Shown here: positions 12,001-24,543 of the stretch, one piece after another
How positions within the stretch are numbered: position 1 is the stretch's first letter
How the letters are laid out: each line of letters begins with the position of its first letter
Assembly: GCA_001949185.1 (NCBI GenBank)
Contig: BDGG01000002.1
Location: 961,481 to 1,025,480 of the forward strand
Direction: 5' to 3'
Length of the DNA stretch: 64,000 bases
From: Ramazzottius varieornatus
Lineage: Eukaryota > Animalia > Tardigrada
Position numbers and translations under genes: made by a program
The notes under the pieces: generated by a model
Seen by the model: the letters and a program-made list of their open reading frames with translations, nothing else
The model's database searches: none
Told to the model about the DNA's origin: nothing

Positions 12001-15000
12001 TAGTCTTCCCTTTCCTTTTCTTAACGCTAAGAAACAATATTGGAACAGTATCCGAACGACCAACCTATTTACTTTATCCTCCAACGTAAGGCAAATGGGG
12101 GAATTTTTCGCCATGCTCGGTCGTCCAGAACAATTCTGATCCGATTCCCTCTTAGGTCTATTTTTGTTATCCCCAGCCTTCTAAATAATCTGGCGGTAGA
12201 AAGCAGGGCAAGATAAACAGGAGGAATTTTCACAGTTCGGACGTTCTGGCTTAGTGCTTGCTTTGATAGGTTTTTATGCCCGGGGAGGGTGTTTTAAAGT
12301 AATGGTGATGCCCGAGCCACAGAAACGGACAGGCTCGGGGGTGCGTCAGTTCAGTTGGAAATGTGCTTTTTACCCGCTTTCCTCGCTATGATGAGCTCTG
12401 TGACGTCAGCGGGGCACTGGAAACATTTGAGTAATCTCCCTTTTATGTTTGGCAGGACGTTTATGGACGGCTCCTGAGTTACTGCGGCTGCCCAAGATTC
12501 CGGCGGCTGGGACACAAAAGGGTGACGTTTACAGCTTTGCTATCATTGCGCAAGAAATTGTCTACCGCAGTGGGCCCTTCTTCATCCAGCACGAAGAAGC
12601 CCACCAAACCGACGATCCCAAGGGTGAGTATCACGACAAACAATCACTGTGGAAGAGGGCACTAGCCAAGGACAAGCTAAGTGAAGTGCCGTCTCGACAG
12701 CTGATCGATACACGCTCACTCTATCAAGCAATCCCGCCTAATACCATAACAAAGTATTCCTTGCGGAATGATGGGCAAGAGAAGGGAAGACAAGTCGCTT
12801 CCTTCTTGTGAAAGAGATGCAGATGCTCCAGTTCAACAACTGATGCATTGGCAGATCCGAACTTTATGAGCAACTTCCGCTTTTCCCCATTGACTTAATC
12901 TTGACTTTGCGCGTTTGCTATGTGAAGTAGCACACCCTTTGGCCTTGAGTACTTTCTGGGAAATATCCGGCTAGGAGATCTTTTCAAAAGCTCGTCCCGA
13001 AGTATAATCGAAAGTTTCGCTTCTTCCTCGAGACTGTCGGAAATTCAACTGGGAATCGTATTTTCAGAGATTGTTCTCCGCGTGATGATGGAGTCGAGGA
13101 ATGGTCAAGTCTTTCGACCGTCGCTGGACGCCTCGGCAGCTGACGAGTCGCTGGTGGTCATCATTGAGAAGTGCTGGAGCGAGGACCCGAACATCCGACC
13201 GGACTTTCATACGCTTCGCAACCATATCCGACGTTTGAATAGGTTGGGGATTATAAGTGGTCGTAACTGTATTTCCGGCCGGTGTTTTGCTGTATTATGT
13301 GACTCTCTGGCTAACCGGATCGTTTCAAACTCGCAGGGTGAATGAGAGCGGAAATCTCTTGGACAATCTCCTACAGCGTATGGAACAGTACGCTAATAAT
13401 CTCGAGACGTTGGTGCAAGAGCGCACTGCGGACTATTTAGAGCAGAAACGCAAAGCCGAAGAACTACTTTATCAACTGCTTCCCAGGTAAAAAATTCAGT
13501 GACAAATTCATTCCGATGCAAAACCGGAAGATGTGAACTACAGTCTGTCACAGCCAAGTTGTCCCTCCGATGGTTTCCTTCTCAGAAATATTCTCCGCTG
13601 CTTCGATTCAGATTCGATTCAGATTCTTTTGACATTACAACAAACGCATAGCTGGGTTTGTTGTGACATATTTAAAGAAGCAATCCACCAACAGCAGATT
13701 TTGGGAGAAATTTCAAATGTCAATTCATTTCGAGACCCAGAACACCTGTTACAAAAAAGCGTCTGGAGAATTCATCAGAAGGTTTGCGAACTCACACGTT
13801 ATGGATGTTCGTGCGGAAAAAGCTGCTCTTTACAGCTGGGCATAAGGCAAAAATCGCAAAGTAACTGGGCCGGTAAAATTTGCTAAAATCCGCTCTTTTT
13901 CGGTTTCCTCTATATATCATCCCTTTCAGAGACAGCTTCTCCATGAAATGTGATGTCGATAAAACGCAAGGTTTTTGGTCAGCTGTAGGCCAGTACTTGC
14001 AGTAGACGTTTGTAAATGCCTGAACAGACCTGAAGCTTCCGAACTAATGGGGACCCCTTCCGGCGAAGGTGCAGAAATACACCGAAGCAGTCGTTGTGCG
14101 GCAAAATAAAGTTAGCTCTGCGCTTGGTCACAATTTTCTGTCCGCTGCTTTCTTGAGGGTGGCTGAGTGAGTTTCATAATGTCCTAGCTATTTTCCAGTA
14201 TCAAAACTATTCGAAAAAGCTGTGCCTTGGTTGAGAAAACTTTCTGCGAACAATCTTCCCTGAAAATCTTAAGTCAATGACCTATTCTGTGGGACAGGTT
14301 AGCAGCTGTTGCCGAAAGCGTTTTGGAAGATGGACTGTTTGGTAGCACAGGGTTCGTTCTTTCGTTGGATACGCGGGAAGTTTTACAGAAGACAGAAAAC
14401 TAAGGCCCAAAAATTTGTTTACTGAGGTTAGACTGAGCGGCCTAACCGGGTCCGACCACTGTGCGGCCTAACCGGGTCCGACCACTGTGCGGCCTACCAC
14501 AAGTCCGTTTCGGCATCACGAAATTTTGATAAAAACCTTTCCGGTAATACAAAATTGGCTTCCCGGGTGTAAAAATGAGCAGACTATCGATTAAAAAAAA
14601 TAGCTCTGAGGGTATAGCAGAAGTTTCAAAGGAGTGAGAATTCTTTTACGGAACGGGGAGAACTTGGCTGTGACAGACTGTAGGATACAAGCTCGGCGAA
14701 ACCGTTTTTCCAAGTGACGCACTTTGTTAGCCGTTCACGCTGGAAATCTGCACCACTTGGAAAGTATGTCGCATTCGAAAAGATTGCTTGACCAAGTGGC
14801 GCAGGATCCCGGCCGTTCAGTCCGACAGCATGCGTTACTCGGGAAAACATTCATGAGTTGACAAGTTTGCCTTTCCAAGTGGTGCACCCGTTCAGCCAGT
14901 AACACCGATAATGTGCGCCACTTGAAGGAGCAGTCTAGCTGGGTTTCTTTGCAGAACTCCTGACTAGCATTGACGGGTTTCGTTTTGCAGAGCGGTGGCC

Positions 15001-17072
15001 AGCCAGCTGATCAGAGGAGAAGCTGTGAAGGTGAGGCTTTCCCATTTTCGCAACAGTTTTCATGTGCCGCTTTTCGCAATGATGTGCGGGCGTTACTGTA
15101 CCTAATCGTTGGACAATGTGGCATAACGTGAGATATGGCGAAGTTGATGCGCTGTGACAGTAATGGACAGTTTTTATAAGAATTAGCTGTCTTTCGCTTT
15201 CAAACCACCACTTTTCTGTATTATTGTTGCATTCAGTTAAATTTTTTGTAGGCGGAGTCTTTCGATAGCGTGACGGTATATTTCAGGTAATTGAGATTAA
15301 TTTCGGTATGTAGTCTATAACGACTTCGTCCGTGATTGATTGCGGGAATTGCAAAATTTCATCTGCGTTATTTTACCAACTCGACCCTCATGGGAAATCA
15401 CATGTTGCTCAATTTGCAGTGATATAGTTGGATTTACAATGATATCAGCCATGAGTGAGTAGATTGCATCTGAAGAGTTTAAATTTGATCTATATTTTCC
15501 AGTTCGATGTGCCAGCGAACCCATTGCCGTCGCTGCCTTTCGGACGTGTTCGCAAATATTTTTTCGAGACCGAATATCTATTTCGAATTTTCAGCCCAAT
15601 TGTTATTTATTTTTCGACATTTTTTTCTGGATTGCTTTTGTCTTCGGACTATACAAGTTTTCCTTGCAGGCACCCCCTTGCAAGTGGTCAACTTCCTTAA
15701 CGATCTCTACACGTATGTTTGTCCTTCCAGCCACACTGATAAATTTCGGCGATAGTGGTATCTGTAACGAGCGGAGTAGTTTCTGTATGGGCTAACAGAA
15801 GCGTGTGTTTGACGTTGCAGATGTTTCGATGGGATAACCGAGGTCTTTGATGTGTACAAAGTGGTGAGTGGGCCCCTTGATAACCACATTATTCACAAGA
15901 GAATGACGTTGAGCACGCATTAAGCCGCCTGTCTTTCTTTTGAAGGACGAAGTTTGGTTGGCTTTTGAGTCTTGATGAAATGGATTTTTTTCCTTGCAGG
16001 AAACCATCGGAGACGCCTATGTGGTAATTCACGCTTCTCTGTTGTCTGCTGAGATGACACTTCCGGATTTATTCTGTCACCGTTGTTTCATTGTATTATT
16101 CGCCATGTTTCATCTTCACTCAGTGAAGAGCTATTCGTTTGCTTTTTTTCTGGAACTTTTGGTCTGACTGTAACCTAACTGATTTCATTCTGTTAATGTG
16201 TAATTTTTAGGACATTTTTAGAATATCTTCCTGCAGCGTTTTGACGTTTAGGTTTGTGCTTTAGGTCGTGAGTGGTTTGCCAGTGAGGAATGGCAACCTG
16301 CACGCTCGAGAGATAGGCCGTATGTCGCTTCGCATAATCGAAGCGGTCAAGACCTTCACCATACGGCATCGACCGGATGATTCGCTGCGGGTGCGGATTG
16401 GACTGCATAGTGGGCCTGTGGTAGCTGGCGTTGTAGGCCTGAAAATGCCGCGTTATTGCCTGTGAGAAATTCCTTCCACCGGTTTTCACCTTCCCATTTT
16501 CTTGATCCATGTCTTCCTTGTGACAGGTTTGGCGATACGGTCAACACAGCTTCCCGCATGGAAAGCAACAGTCTTCGTAAGTGGAAGACCACATTTGTTT
16601 TCCTTGGCATCCAATGGCATCATCCTTTGCTTTCAGCTCTTCGGATCCACTGCAGCGAAGCGTGTAAGAACGTCCTGGAGACGTTTGGCAGTTTCGAGCT
16701 GGAACTGCGGGGAGAACTGGACGTTAAGGTACAGTGAGTCATGGCCGTGCAGAAAAGCCGCTTAAATTTGATGATGATATTTCAATAGGTAAAGAAGTCT
16801 CTTGTGGAAAAGATAAGTTTTTTTCTTGAATACAGGGTAAAGGAAAGATGACAACGTACTGGTTGAATGGGGAAAAGCCCGACTTATCTGTGATAGCCAG
16901 CCCTGCTCAATCGCCCACCACCCCAACGATGGTGCCTACCACGGGCTTCTTCGCTAGCTCCGATCTCAAGCGGGTCTCCAGTAAGCCTCGGTCTCTGGCC
17001 AGTGCCGGCATGCAGGCACCTGCCGTACCTCCCATCCCCGTCTCCCACGTTGAAGAGAACGAGGTAATTTAA
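6074..17072 (+). CDS. Receptor (transmembrane) guanylyl cyclase, natriuretic-peptide-receptor type, about 32 exons
   Basis: Signal peptide; ANF-receptor ectodomain ([31 protein letters not shown]); TM helix ~10289-10445; kinase-homology domain ([54 protein letters not shown]); hinge ([17 protein letters not shown]); cyclase domain ([30 protein letters not shown]) with the GTP-specifying E and C. Approximate exons: 6074-6328, 6389-6425, 6621-6658, 6794-6910, 7029-7177, 7450-7593, 8747-8832, 8902-8930, 8988-9184, 9468-9603, 9804-9843, 9953-10004, 10089-10224, 10289-10326, 10404-10565, 10932-11090, 11177-11353, 11732-11828, 11921-11998, 12456-12623, 13067-13242, 13337-13486, 14991-15030, 15252-15286, 15420-15454, 15670-15712, 15821-15863, 16000-16023, 16265-16461, 16527-16576, 16637-16728, 16836-17072. 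Confidence 0.95.
13541..14680. mobile_element. Non-autonomous Tc1/mariner-like element (1.14 kb) in a guanylyl cyclase intron
   Basis: Terminal inverted repeats CAGTCTGTCACAGCCAAGTT...AACTTGGCTGTGACAGACTG, flanked by TA on both sides. Internal 26-bp tandem duplication GCGGCCTAACCGGGTCCGACCACTGT at ~14437-14495. No transposase ORF. Confidence 0.8.
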
Positions 17073-18178
17073 TATTTTGGCCCATTGCGCCGCGATATGG
17101 TTCATTTTTTGTCTCTCTTTCGACTGGTTTGGTGTGATTCGAAGTGCGGCAAGCAAACTGAGAAACATCGATCTTTCGGGTGGCGCACTTTATGACTGCT
17201 ATTAGCTGGAAGCGTGTGCCACCTGGTAAAACGATCTTGTCGAGCTGGGTTGCTGTTCCAAGTGGCGCACTCCTCCAGTGTTATCGTTCGGGCGTATGTG
17301 CCACTTGAGATGAAGATCCGAATGAATTGATCTTCCGTCGTCCCAGTTCTTTCTGCTTTTTTTTCTGAAATTTGGTATCGTTTTACGCTTACTGTAGGTA
17401 TCGCCAGCCTCCACGCGCAGTATTCTGGTCGACACGAGCCCCGACTCGAACGCCAGTGCGGCAACGCCACCCAGTGTTCAGTTCCTCCTGTCGAACGGCA
17501 TTTCCATGACGAGTACTGCACCGTCGTCGGCAGTTCCGGTGCAAAATGGCGCCGGTGACTTTTACGCTTGAAGGCCGTGGTTTCTTTCTGTTCAGATATT
17601 CTTCTCCCGTGTTGTTTAGATTATAGATTTGGAGAAAAACGAGTGTGCTACATTTTTGTTCCTGTTGAATGACAAGCTATCTAATGTTACGTACTCTTAA
17701 GGTACTGCCTTCTTTGGTGACTGTTTTATCGGTAAACAGCACGCAACTAAATTTAAGAATCTGCGTTGTCTCTACGGAGGTCCCACTGGAGGATACGGCT
17801 CGTCTTCTGGACACTACACCAGTTCTCAAGGAGGACAGCAGGGAAGTTGATTGCATTGTACCGTAAAGGACCGCTAAGTCGAGATAGCACAGGTGGTGAT
17901 AACCCTGCAGCACAAGGAAACCGGGTTTCTACTGATTTTCTATTTATTGGTTCGGCAGATATGAGACGCGAGAAAATTTTGACCGAGGAAACCGGGCGCT
18001 CAGAGTTCAGTGAGGATAATGAGTGTTTAGCTGAAGAACACGGATGTTGCAGCATCGTAAGCAACTTCGGCATAAAGCAAACTTCCTAGACGTGTACGAT
18101 ATTGTTAAAACTGATGTGAAAGCTGGGCGCTGCGGTCCATGGTGCTGCGACGTGTCGGCTTCAGGAAGAGATGGTGTT

Positions 18179-18616
18179 TTAGGGGCAAGCAGCTGGATCT
18201 CCACCCCAAGTTCCACCGCCCAACGTCACACACGCAAAACAGTCGGCGTCTGCCGCACCATTAGGGCAATAGTTACCAGTGCAGGGATCGCAGGCCGGTG
18301 GATTGGTAGGAACAGTCATCTGAACGGTACGAGCAGACAAACTGATCTGCCTTAGGGTAGTAGGTCTGGTGGTCGTAGTAGTACGAGGGGCCAGAGAGAT
18401 ACGACCCTGACCACGATGGCGAACATCCTTGACAACAACGTTGTGTCTGCCGCCTTTGACCTGTTGGGCCTTGCCAGCGCTCTGCAAGTTGTGAGTCTTT
18501 CGCTGGACCACAGCGGCATGACGACCGGCGGACTGCCTCTTATCCGTGGCTCCGGCGGTCTCCAGATGGACGGCCACGACAACCAGTCCAAGACAGACGA
18601 TGCTGATCCACGACAT
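18179..18616 (-). CDS. Small secreted protein A: signal peptide, basic region, Thr-rich linker, 6-Cys C-terminal domain
   Basis: MSWISIVCLGLVVVAVHLETAGA signal peptide; single coding exon; clear paralogue at 23052-23504. Confidence 0.8.
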   Translation of the reverse strand: MSWISIVCLGLVVVAVHLETAGATDKRQSAGRHAAVVQRKTHNLQSAGKAQQVKGGRHNVVVKDVRHRGQGRISLAPRTTTTTRPTTLRQISLSARTVQMTVPTNPPACDPCTGNYCPNGAADADCFACVTLGGGTWGGDPAACP

Positions 18617-19366
18617 TTTGCCTTCCAAATTCGAAATTGCTCTGAAACGAAAAGGCTTTAAAGTACGTGGTTGAGCGTTGGAAGTATGATAAGGGTAGAC
18701 ACTTGCTTAAGACGGTTGTCGAAGGGAAGGATCTTGTTGAGGGATAGTGCGGAGAGAGCTGCATATCTTCTACAAAAGTATTTCTGCTTAAATACACGGA
18801 GGGACAAACAGGCCGTCACGGTGCTGGCTTGCATGCCTGGAACATGGCAAAACAGAAATGTTCGTTTCATTGTTCTGTACCGGGAAGCTTTGAAGAGGGA
18901 GTTTTCGAAATCTGAACAAGGCGGGAATCTTTTGCATCCTGACGAAGTCCTTCAGAGTACTCCGATATGCTGGCACGCGCACTGTCATTGTCAAGTTTAC
19001 GGTACAATGGATCGAGAATCATTAGACCGCGTAATCACAAGGTCCCTGATTGCATTCCAACCGCGTTCGCGCGCCAAACTTCTGACCACTTAGGCATGCT
19101 ATGCCGCGTTTTTTGAATATTCGATTTAACACAAAGCTCGCTTTAGCTTTCCTTTGATCACAATTTATTGTGTTGACCTGCATCGAAACTCGTCATTTAG
19201 AACTTTGCAAACACCTTTGGAGAGGCTTGGAAATGCCGCACTTCCTCCTGACTGCAGTGATTCGACAAATGTTCGCTGGCAGCAGGGCTTCGCAGTGAGA
19301 TGCATTTACAGCAAACATACACGCTCGGGTTTACAGTACATTAGCAACTCGAAAGCATATTGAAGC

Positions 19367-19908
19367 TTACACCCTGATTACCACCGTTCTGATTGTAAAC
19401 ACAACACGACACGTTTATCTCTCCACAGTTCCCACTTTTCGGTGCGGATTAAACTGTTTTCCTTAGCATGATCTCCTTTGCATGAGAAACGACTGTCAAC
19501 CATTGGGCAGCATAACTCCGGCACGTGGGAAAAAGAACTCTGCGATTTCCGCTGGTTTTAGCGATATACGATGTTCGAGGGTTTTGCTCGAGGTACGAGT
19601 ACATAACAAGCATCCGTCTGGAAAAAAACTGAAACTCGGAGGAGATCGAGTTTCCTCTACAAACTCTAAGGCTAGAACGAACTTGGCTATCATCGGTGCG
19701 TCCAGCTGAAAGTCAAAATGGCCTGGGCTACTGTACTTTCTGCACATTGACCTTCAAGGCCTGACAATCTTCCAGATGTTGAAATTCCGGAAATTCCCCA
19801 TTGGCTGATCTGGGCCGCGCCTTCTCTTTTCTATCAGTTAAAGTTCTGTGCTCACAATGAGTACGCTGGTGATCTGTCGACACGAAAGCTCAGTAATCGG
19901 GATGTTAA
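19367..19908. mobile_element. TTAA-flanked MITE (piggyBac-like), copy 1
   Basis: About 540 bp, colinear with 34784-35317 (shared TCATCGGTGCGTCCAG and AGTTAAAGTTCTGTGCTCAC...GAGTACGCTGGT). Termini ACCCTGATTACC / GGGATGTTAA. Confidence 0.7.
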
Positions 19909-21165
19909 GCGCCGGGTAGTAAAACGAGGCATTCACTACTTTAAAAAGAGGCCAGCGGGAAGATTTTCATCGAACTTCGAACATAGCAAGCAAAATTAAC
20001 ACTACAGGGGAATTGAAAAGTATAGGAAGGCATCTAAGAAAAAATCCGCTGTGCGAAACGAATCCATTTGAAAATGTTTTGAATTTAATAGATGATGGAC
20101 TTTTTTATGGCTCACGAAACGAAGGGGGACCCGCCTCGTTTGCCGCGAGAGAAATTGTCAGTCGATTTGAGTCGGTCACTCAAGCTTGCTCGTTCAAAAA
20201 TCGGCGACTTGGAAGTTAACATTGAAGTTACGATAAATGCAAGTTTTCCACCTGCCGGATCCATTTTGTATGTCAAGCAAAACGAAGCCTTATGGCCTAA
20301 ATCGATTGGCCAGAATCGTCGTCCACCAGTGCTTCAGGCCATTAGCAAAGCGATCTTCTTAGCCTTTGATGTTAGGAACTCCACACCCAACCGTTCCAGG
20401 GCGAACGGCGCTCCCCGAACGAACAGGAACCGTCCAGCTTCTGAATAGCGAGTGCCATGCATATTAAAGTGACAAGCTCCACCCTTTCCGGCTCCTCCCG
20501 TAGGCGGAGTGTTCAAATCCGGTTGGTCGGCCAAGCGAGCGGGTTTTGCGGACTGGTCGATTCTATTTTCTGTTATCAATCAGTAATCAACACGGTACTT
20601 CAATCAACCGGACTTGGCAATCAGCCACATGGTACACTGGAAAAACCAGAACATGAGCTAACTTAGCACGGAGCTAATAGAGCATCGAAACGGGCGTTAT
20701 CACAAAAACATGAAGAGATGAACGACGGAAATCCCTGCTATAACATCAGCGACGCAGAAGGCAGCAGAAACCTGCAGAAGGACAATATAGCCACACAAGT
20801 TTTCAGCGACATCGCGCCAGGTTCAGGTGGACTCCGATCTGCTGACTACAATCGCAGAAAACCGTCCATTACTGAGGGATTAAATAAGCACTGAGCACAC
20901 AACTGGAGATTGGTAGTCGGTTCTCGATGAGGTGGACTTACTTGAGAATTAGGACAGGAATCCCGGTCGGGAGCCAAAAGTGCAAACGCGGACTGACTTG
21001 ATCCCCGGTTTCAGTTGCTAAACTGGGAACTGAAACCGAGGATCCTCTGTAAAGTCCACTGCGTTGAAACTTGTACGCGTGGCGGTGAGGATGGAAACCT
21101 GTAGCGCGTCGTCGATGCAAAGACTGCGGTGTAATTGACCTTGCCACAAAACCAGATATGCTGAG

Positions 21166-21999
21166 CATAGGTTCCCAGGATTGAATTTAATTTGTGTAGA
21201 AGAAGTATGCTGGATATACGTCATCATTTCTTCGACCAATGGCAAGAAAAAAATGGATTCTTCCGGGTGTCTTGATGCAGGTCGACAGTACATGGTTCCT
21301 GAGGTGTAGATAAAAGAATCGAGCCGATCTGACGATTAACTACACGTTGATGACCGGCCGACTATTCCCAAACTGTATAGTGTCTCAGTAGAGCCTTCTG
21401 TGCTTATAATCATGATCATGGCATCACAAGGTTAGTTTTCCCGTAAATAATTAAACTTATCAACAACAGCACTGTGCATCTATATTTTACCCGTTACGCG
21501 ACAAGCGATAATGAGCAATACCGACGCAATGAATAAAGCTGAACGCTTCAGCATGACAAGTGCGGTTTCACAGAGCAAAGCAGATACTGCATAAGTACTC
21601 ATTACAAGAAAAGTGATGGTATTAGTGCCAAACGAACGTGAATTATTCTGTCCAAGAGCCGTGAGGTACGCAATCAAATCCGCGTCCGTTTGTTATTGGC
21701 AAGCACTTTCAGAAGTCGGATGCAATGCTTTCACTGACAAACACGCTTTTCGTATGGAAACAGCTCTTAACAAATCTCTACAGAATTGTATCGTTTCGGA
21801 TTTGGCCGATCATTAAACTGTAGTTAACCGTCAGATCGGCTCGATTCTTTTTTCCTACACCTCACGAACCATGTACTATCGACCTGCATCAAAACACCCG
21901 GAAGAATCCATTTTTTTCTTGCCATTGGTCGAAAAAAATTGTGACGTATATTCAGCTTACTTCTTCTGTAAAAATCAAATTCAATCCTGAGAACCTATG
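21166..21999. mobile_element. hAT-type MITE with ~180-bp terminal inverted repeats
   Basis: Arms 21166-21342 and 21819-21999 are reverse complements; CATAG...CTATG termini; 8-bp target-site duplication ATGCTGAG/ATGCTTAG. Confidence 0.85.
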
Positions 22000-22067
22000 A
22001 TGCTTAGTGGTGGCCCGCTTTACAGTGAGTTGACCCGTAAAAGAGCGTAACACAGTAAACTCAGGAG

Positions 22068-22576
22068 GGGATTACGCCAAGCGGCCTATCCTACTGATCA
22101 AACCGACCCAACAGAAAGATTGAGGAGAGTCTTGCGCACAGTTTGAGCTATCAAAGTAGTCCAAATATAAATCGTGGAAGATTCTGCGGGATCCGGGACT
22201 ACCAGCTCCAAGTTGCTGCAGTGACGCAAAGCTTTGATTGGCAATTTTGATTCGATGCGATCGTTCACCCGATCAGCTTTTTTGTCATGTTGTGACCAGA
22301 TGGCGCGCCATCCAGCGCGCACAAGGTGCTGTGGTATACCGTTCTGTGCTGAATGTCGAAACAGCTGATCGGATGTACATTTCGCAGCGAATCAAAATTA
22401 GCGATCAAAGAGTTTTGCCTCACTGCAGCAACTTGGAGCCTGTAGTCCCGGATCCCGCAGAATCTACGAGGATTTGTATTTGGACGACTTTGATAGCTCA
22501 AATTGTACGCAAGACTTTCCTCTATCTTTCTGTTGGGTCGGTCTGATCGTCAGGATGTGCCGCTTGGCGTAATCCC
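22068..22576. mobile_element. Foldback/MITE with ~195-bp inverted arms
   Basis: GGGATTACGCCAAGCGG...CCGCTTGGCGTAATCCC. The arms share ACAGAAAGAT(T/A)GAGGAGAG with the 28778-29563 element. Confidence 0.85.
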
Positions 22577-22685
22577 ATTGTCAGGCAGGTGGACTTTGAT
22601 GCTATTATTTCTTAGTTAGCAGTCATGACAGAAAGCGACAGGGTTATTGTGACGCCTCGGGAACCAGTACTATAGTTGGTCGAAG

Positions 22686-22888
22686 CATAGATGCCGCCAG
22701 CCAAAAAGTTCGTGCCATGATCCGTTACTACGAGGTGCACCCCTGTACACCGACCTCCCAAGCTTGGGGTCCACGAATACTTGTTAACCTGAGGGTCCAA
22801 ACTATTTTTTCGGATCAGCTGTTTTGGGGTGGGGGTGCACTCCTCCCAGTATCATGGCACGAACCTCGTACGGCAGGCGGCATCCATG
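22686..22888. mobile_element. Short hAT-type MITE
   Basis: CATAGATGCCGCC...GTTCGTGCCATGAT is inverted relative to ATCATGGCACGAAC...GGCGGCATCCATG; degenerate 8-bp TSD GGTCGAAG/AGTCAAAG. Confidence 0.7.
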
Positions 22889-23051
22889 AGTCAAAGCAAC
22901 CACAGATTGCTCAGCTGCCCAGAGCCGTCCGTGAAACCATAACAAACTTTATTCCCATGAGTTCTATGAACAGAAAGCTCGCGCAAAAACATATATGGAG
23001 ATATAACTATACCATCACGTTACGCGCGAGAGCCTTGCAAGTGGCTGCAGC

Positions 23052-23504
23052 CTATGGAAGGCACTCGGAACGGTCACCGGTGTATTGCATACCCATCATG
23101 ACCTCGCAGTTGATGCAGTCAGGTGCACAGCCGTGGACGCCATCACAGACATCATCGATGCAAGAATGCGATGTAGTGGTTTCGGGCGACGGCACCAGCT
23201 GCTGCGTGGTGGCACGCGTTACAATGACAACCTTGAGGGTCGTGGGAACCGTTCTAGCGGTGGTAGTGGTTCGAGTAGGCAGAGCGACACGGCCGAGCCC
23301 TTGCTTCTTCGGCGCGGCATTAGAGCGGGAAGCCTTCCGAGGCGCCGAAGGACCAATATGCTTAAAGGTCTCCTTTCTACCTGTCTTTCCGACCACAGCT
23401 TTATGGGCGTGAGCGGCGGAATGCTTCTTATCCGTGGCGCCCGCGATGTCCAGATGGACGGCCATGATAACCAATCCGAGACAGACGATGCTGATCCACG
23501 ACAT
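23052..23504 (-). CDS. Small secreted protein B, paralogue of 18179-18616
   Basis: MSWISIVCLGLVIMAVHLDIAGATDK is nearly identical to the N-terminus of protein A; K/R-rich region, TTTT linker, 6-Cys tail. Confidence 0.8.
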   Translation of the reverse strand: MSWISIVCLGLVIMAVHLDIAGATDKKHSAAHAHKAVVGKTGRKETFKHIGPSAPRKASRSNAAPKKQGLGRVALPTRTTTTARTVPTTLKVVIVTRATTQQLVPSPETTTSHSCIDDVCDGVHGCAPDCINCEVMMGMQYTGDRSECLP

Positions 23505-24346
23505 ATTTTGTTCCCTGAGCTTGATTACCTGGAAAATAACGAGCATCAGTAACAATTCTCGTACAAAACAACAGCGTCGACCAGAGCCTACATACCGGTT
23601 AGCGGAGACTGTTTCAGGTTAGGGCTGGACAGAAATATTGTGCAGCTCCGGATATACCTCTCTCTCTGGAAACCTTTCAGTTCATACAGAAAAACCTTGG
23701 CGACTCATTGGCGCATGGTGGTGCTGGAAGGTCTACGTCGCTTAAACTCAAAGGTTTTCATTTCATTGTTGTTTTCCAGGAGATGTTTGAGCGGTGATTC
23801 TCGATTTTTGAGGGCCGTGTAGAAGTATTATGTTTTAGAGCGACTAATGTACTCAAGGATCACCTTGAAAAAATCCTCAGACCGTGAAATTATAAGGTTT
23901 CTGGGCACCGGCCTAACTAGGTGCAGTCCGAAAGGGTATCAGCTTTCATACCTGGAACTTGGCGAAACCTGTTGCCATTGTTTCGTCCTGGAAGAGGCCC
24001 AAAAATTTTGTAACTTGAGCAGATTGAGAGTCTTCCAGCTGCCTAAGTGTCCTTTCAGACTGTAGTCTCATTATCATTTTGGCGCTTCATTCACAGTCTG
24101 ATGGATCAAGAACCGTCAGACCGCGTGAGTGCAGGGTTCCCGTCTGTCGTTTGATTGCTGTCACGCGACCAACTTGACAACGCTTGTCGAGCTCCGCTGC
24201 TCTTTCGAATTATTCATTTCCGCTTTCTGATGGTTTCAACGACTATGAAGTCTTTCACCCAAGAGACGCGCTGTGGCATCCAATGTTATTGCTGTCTGCT
24301 GTTCTCACGGGCATCAAAATACATATTTTGTATGTATGATACCGCA

Positions 24347-24478
24347 TTCCCTCGAAAGTTCTGCGCAGTCACATGACAGGCCTACAAAATAATCGCTGGG
24401 ACGTGCAAACTGAGCCACGATCACCGAGGGCCTATTTATGGGCCCGTCATGTGACTGCGCAGAAACTTTCGAGGGAAT
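24347..24478. repeat. Short inverted repeat (mini-MITE remnant)
   Basis: ATTCCCTCGAAAGTTCTGCGCAGTCACATGAC versus GTCATGTGACTGCGCAGAAACTTTCGAGGGAAT. Confidence 0.7.
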
Positions 24479-24543
24479 ACAGTACAAGGAGCGAGGCCCT
24501 ACTTTGTCCGTTTACCGGACAGGCGACTACTTATTACACTGTA

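Noticed and set aside
11447-14923. CRISPR-like reading of the conserved-arm and variable-spacer arrays
   Set aside because: Eukaryotic intron context, arms alternate in orientation, runs are only 2-3 units long, and no cas genes are present.
22717-23552. Plus-strand ORFs of 231 and 155 aa
   Set aside because: Antisense shadows of the secreted protein B gene plus MITE sequence.
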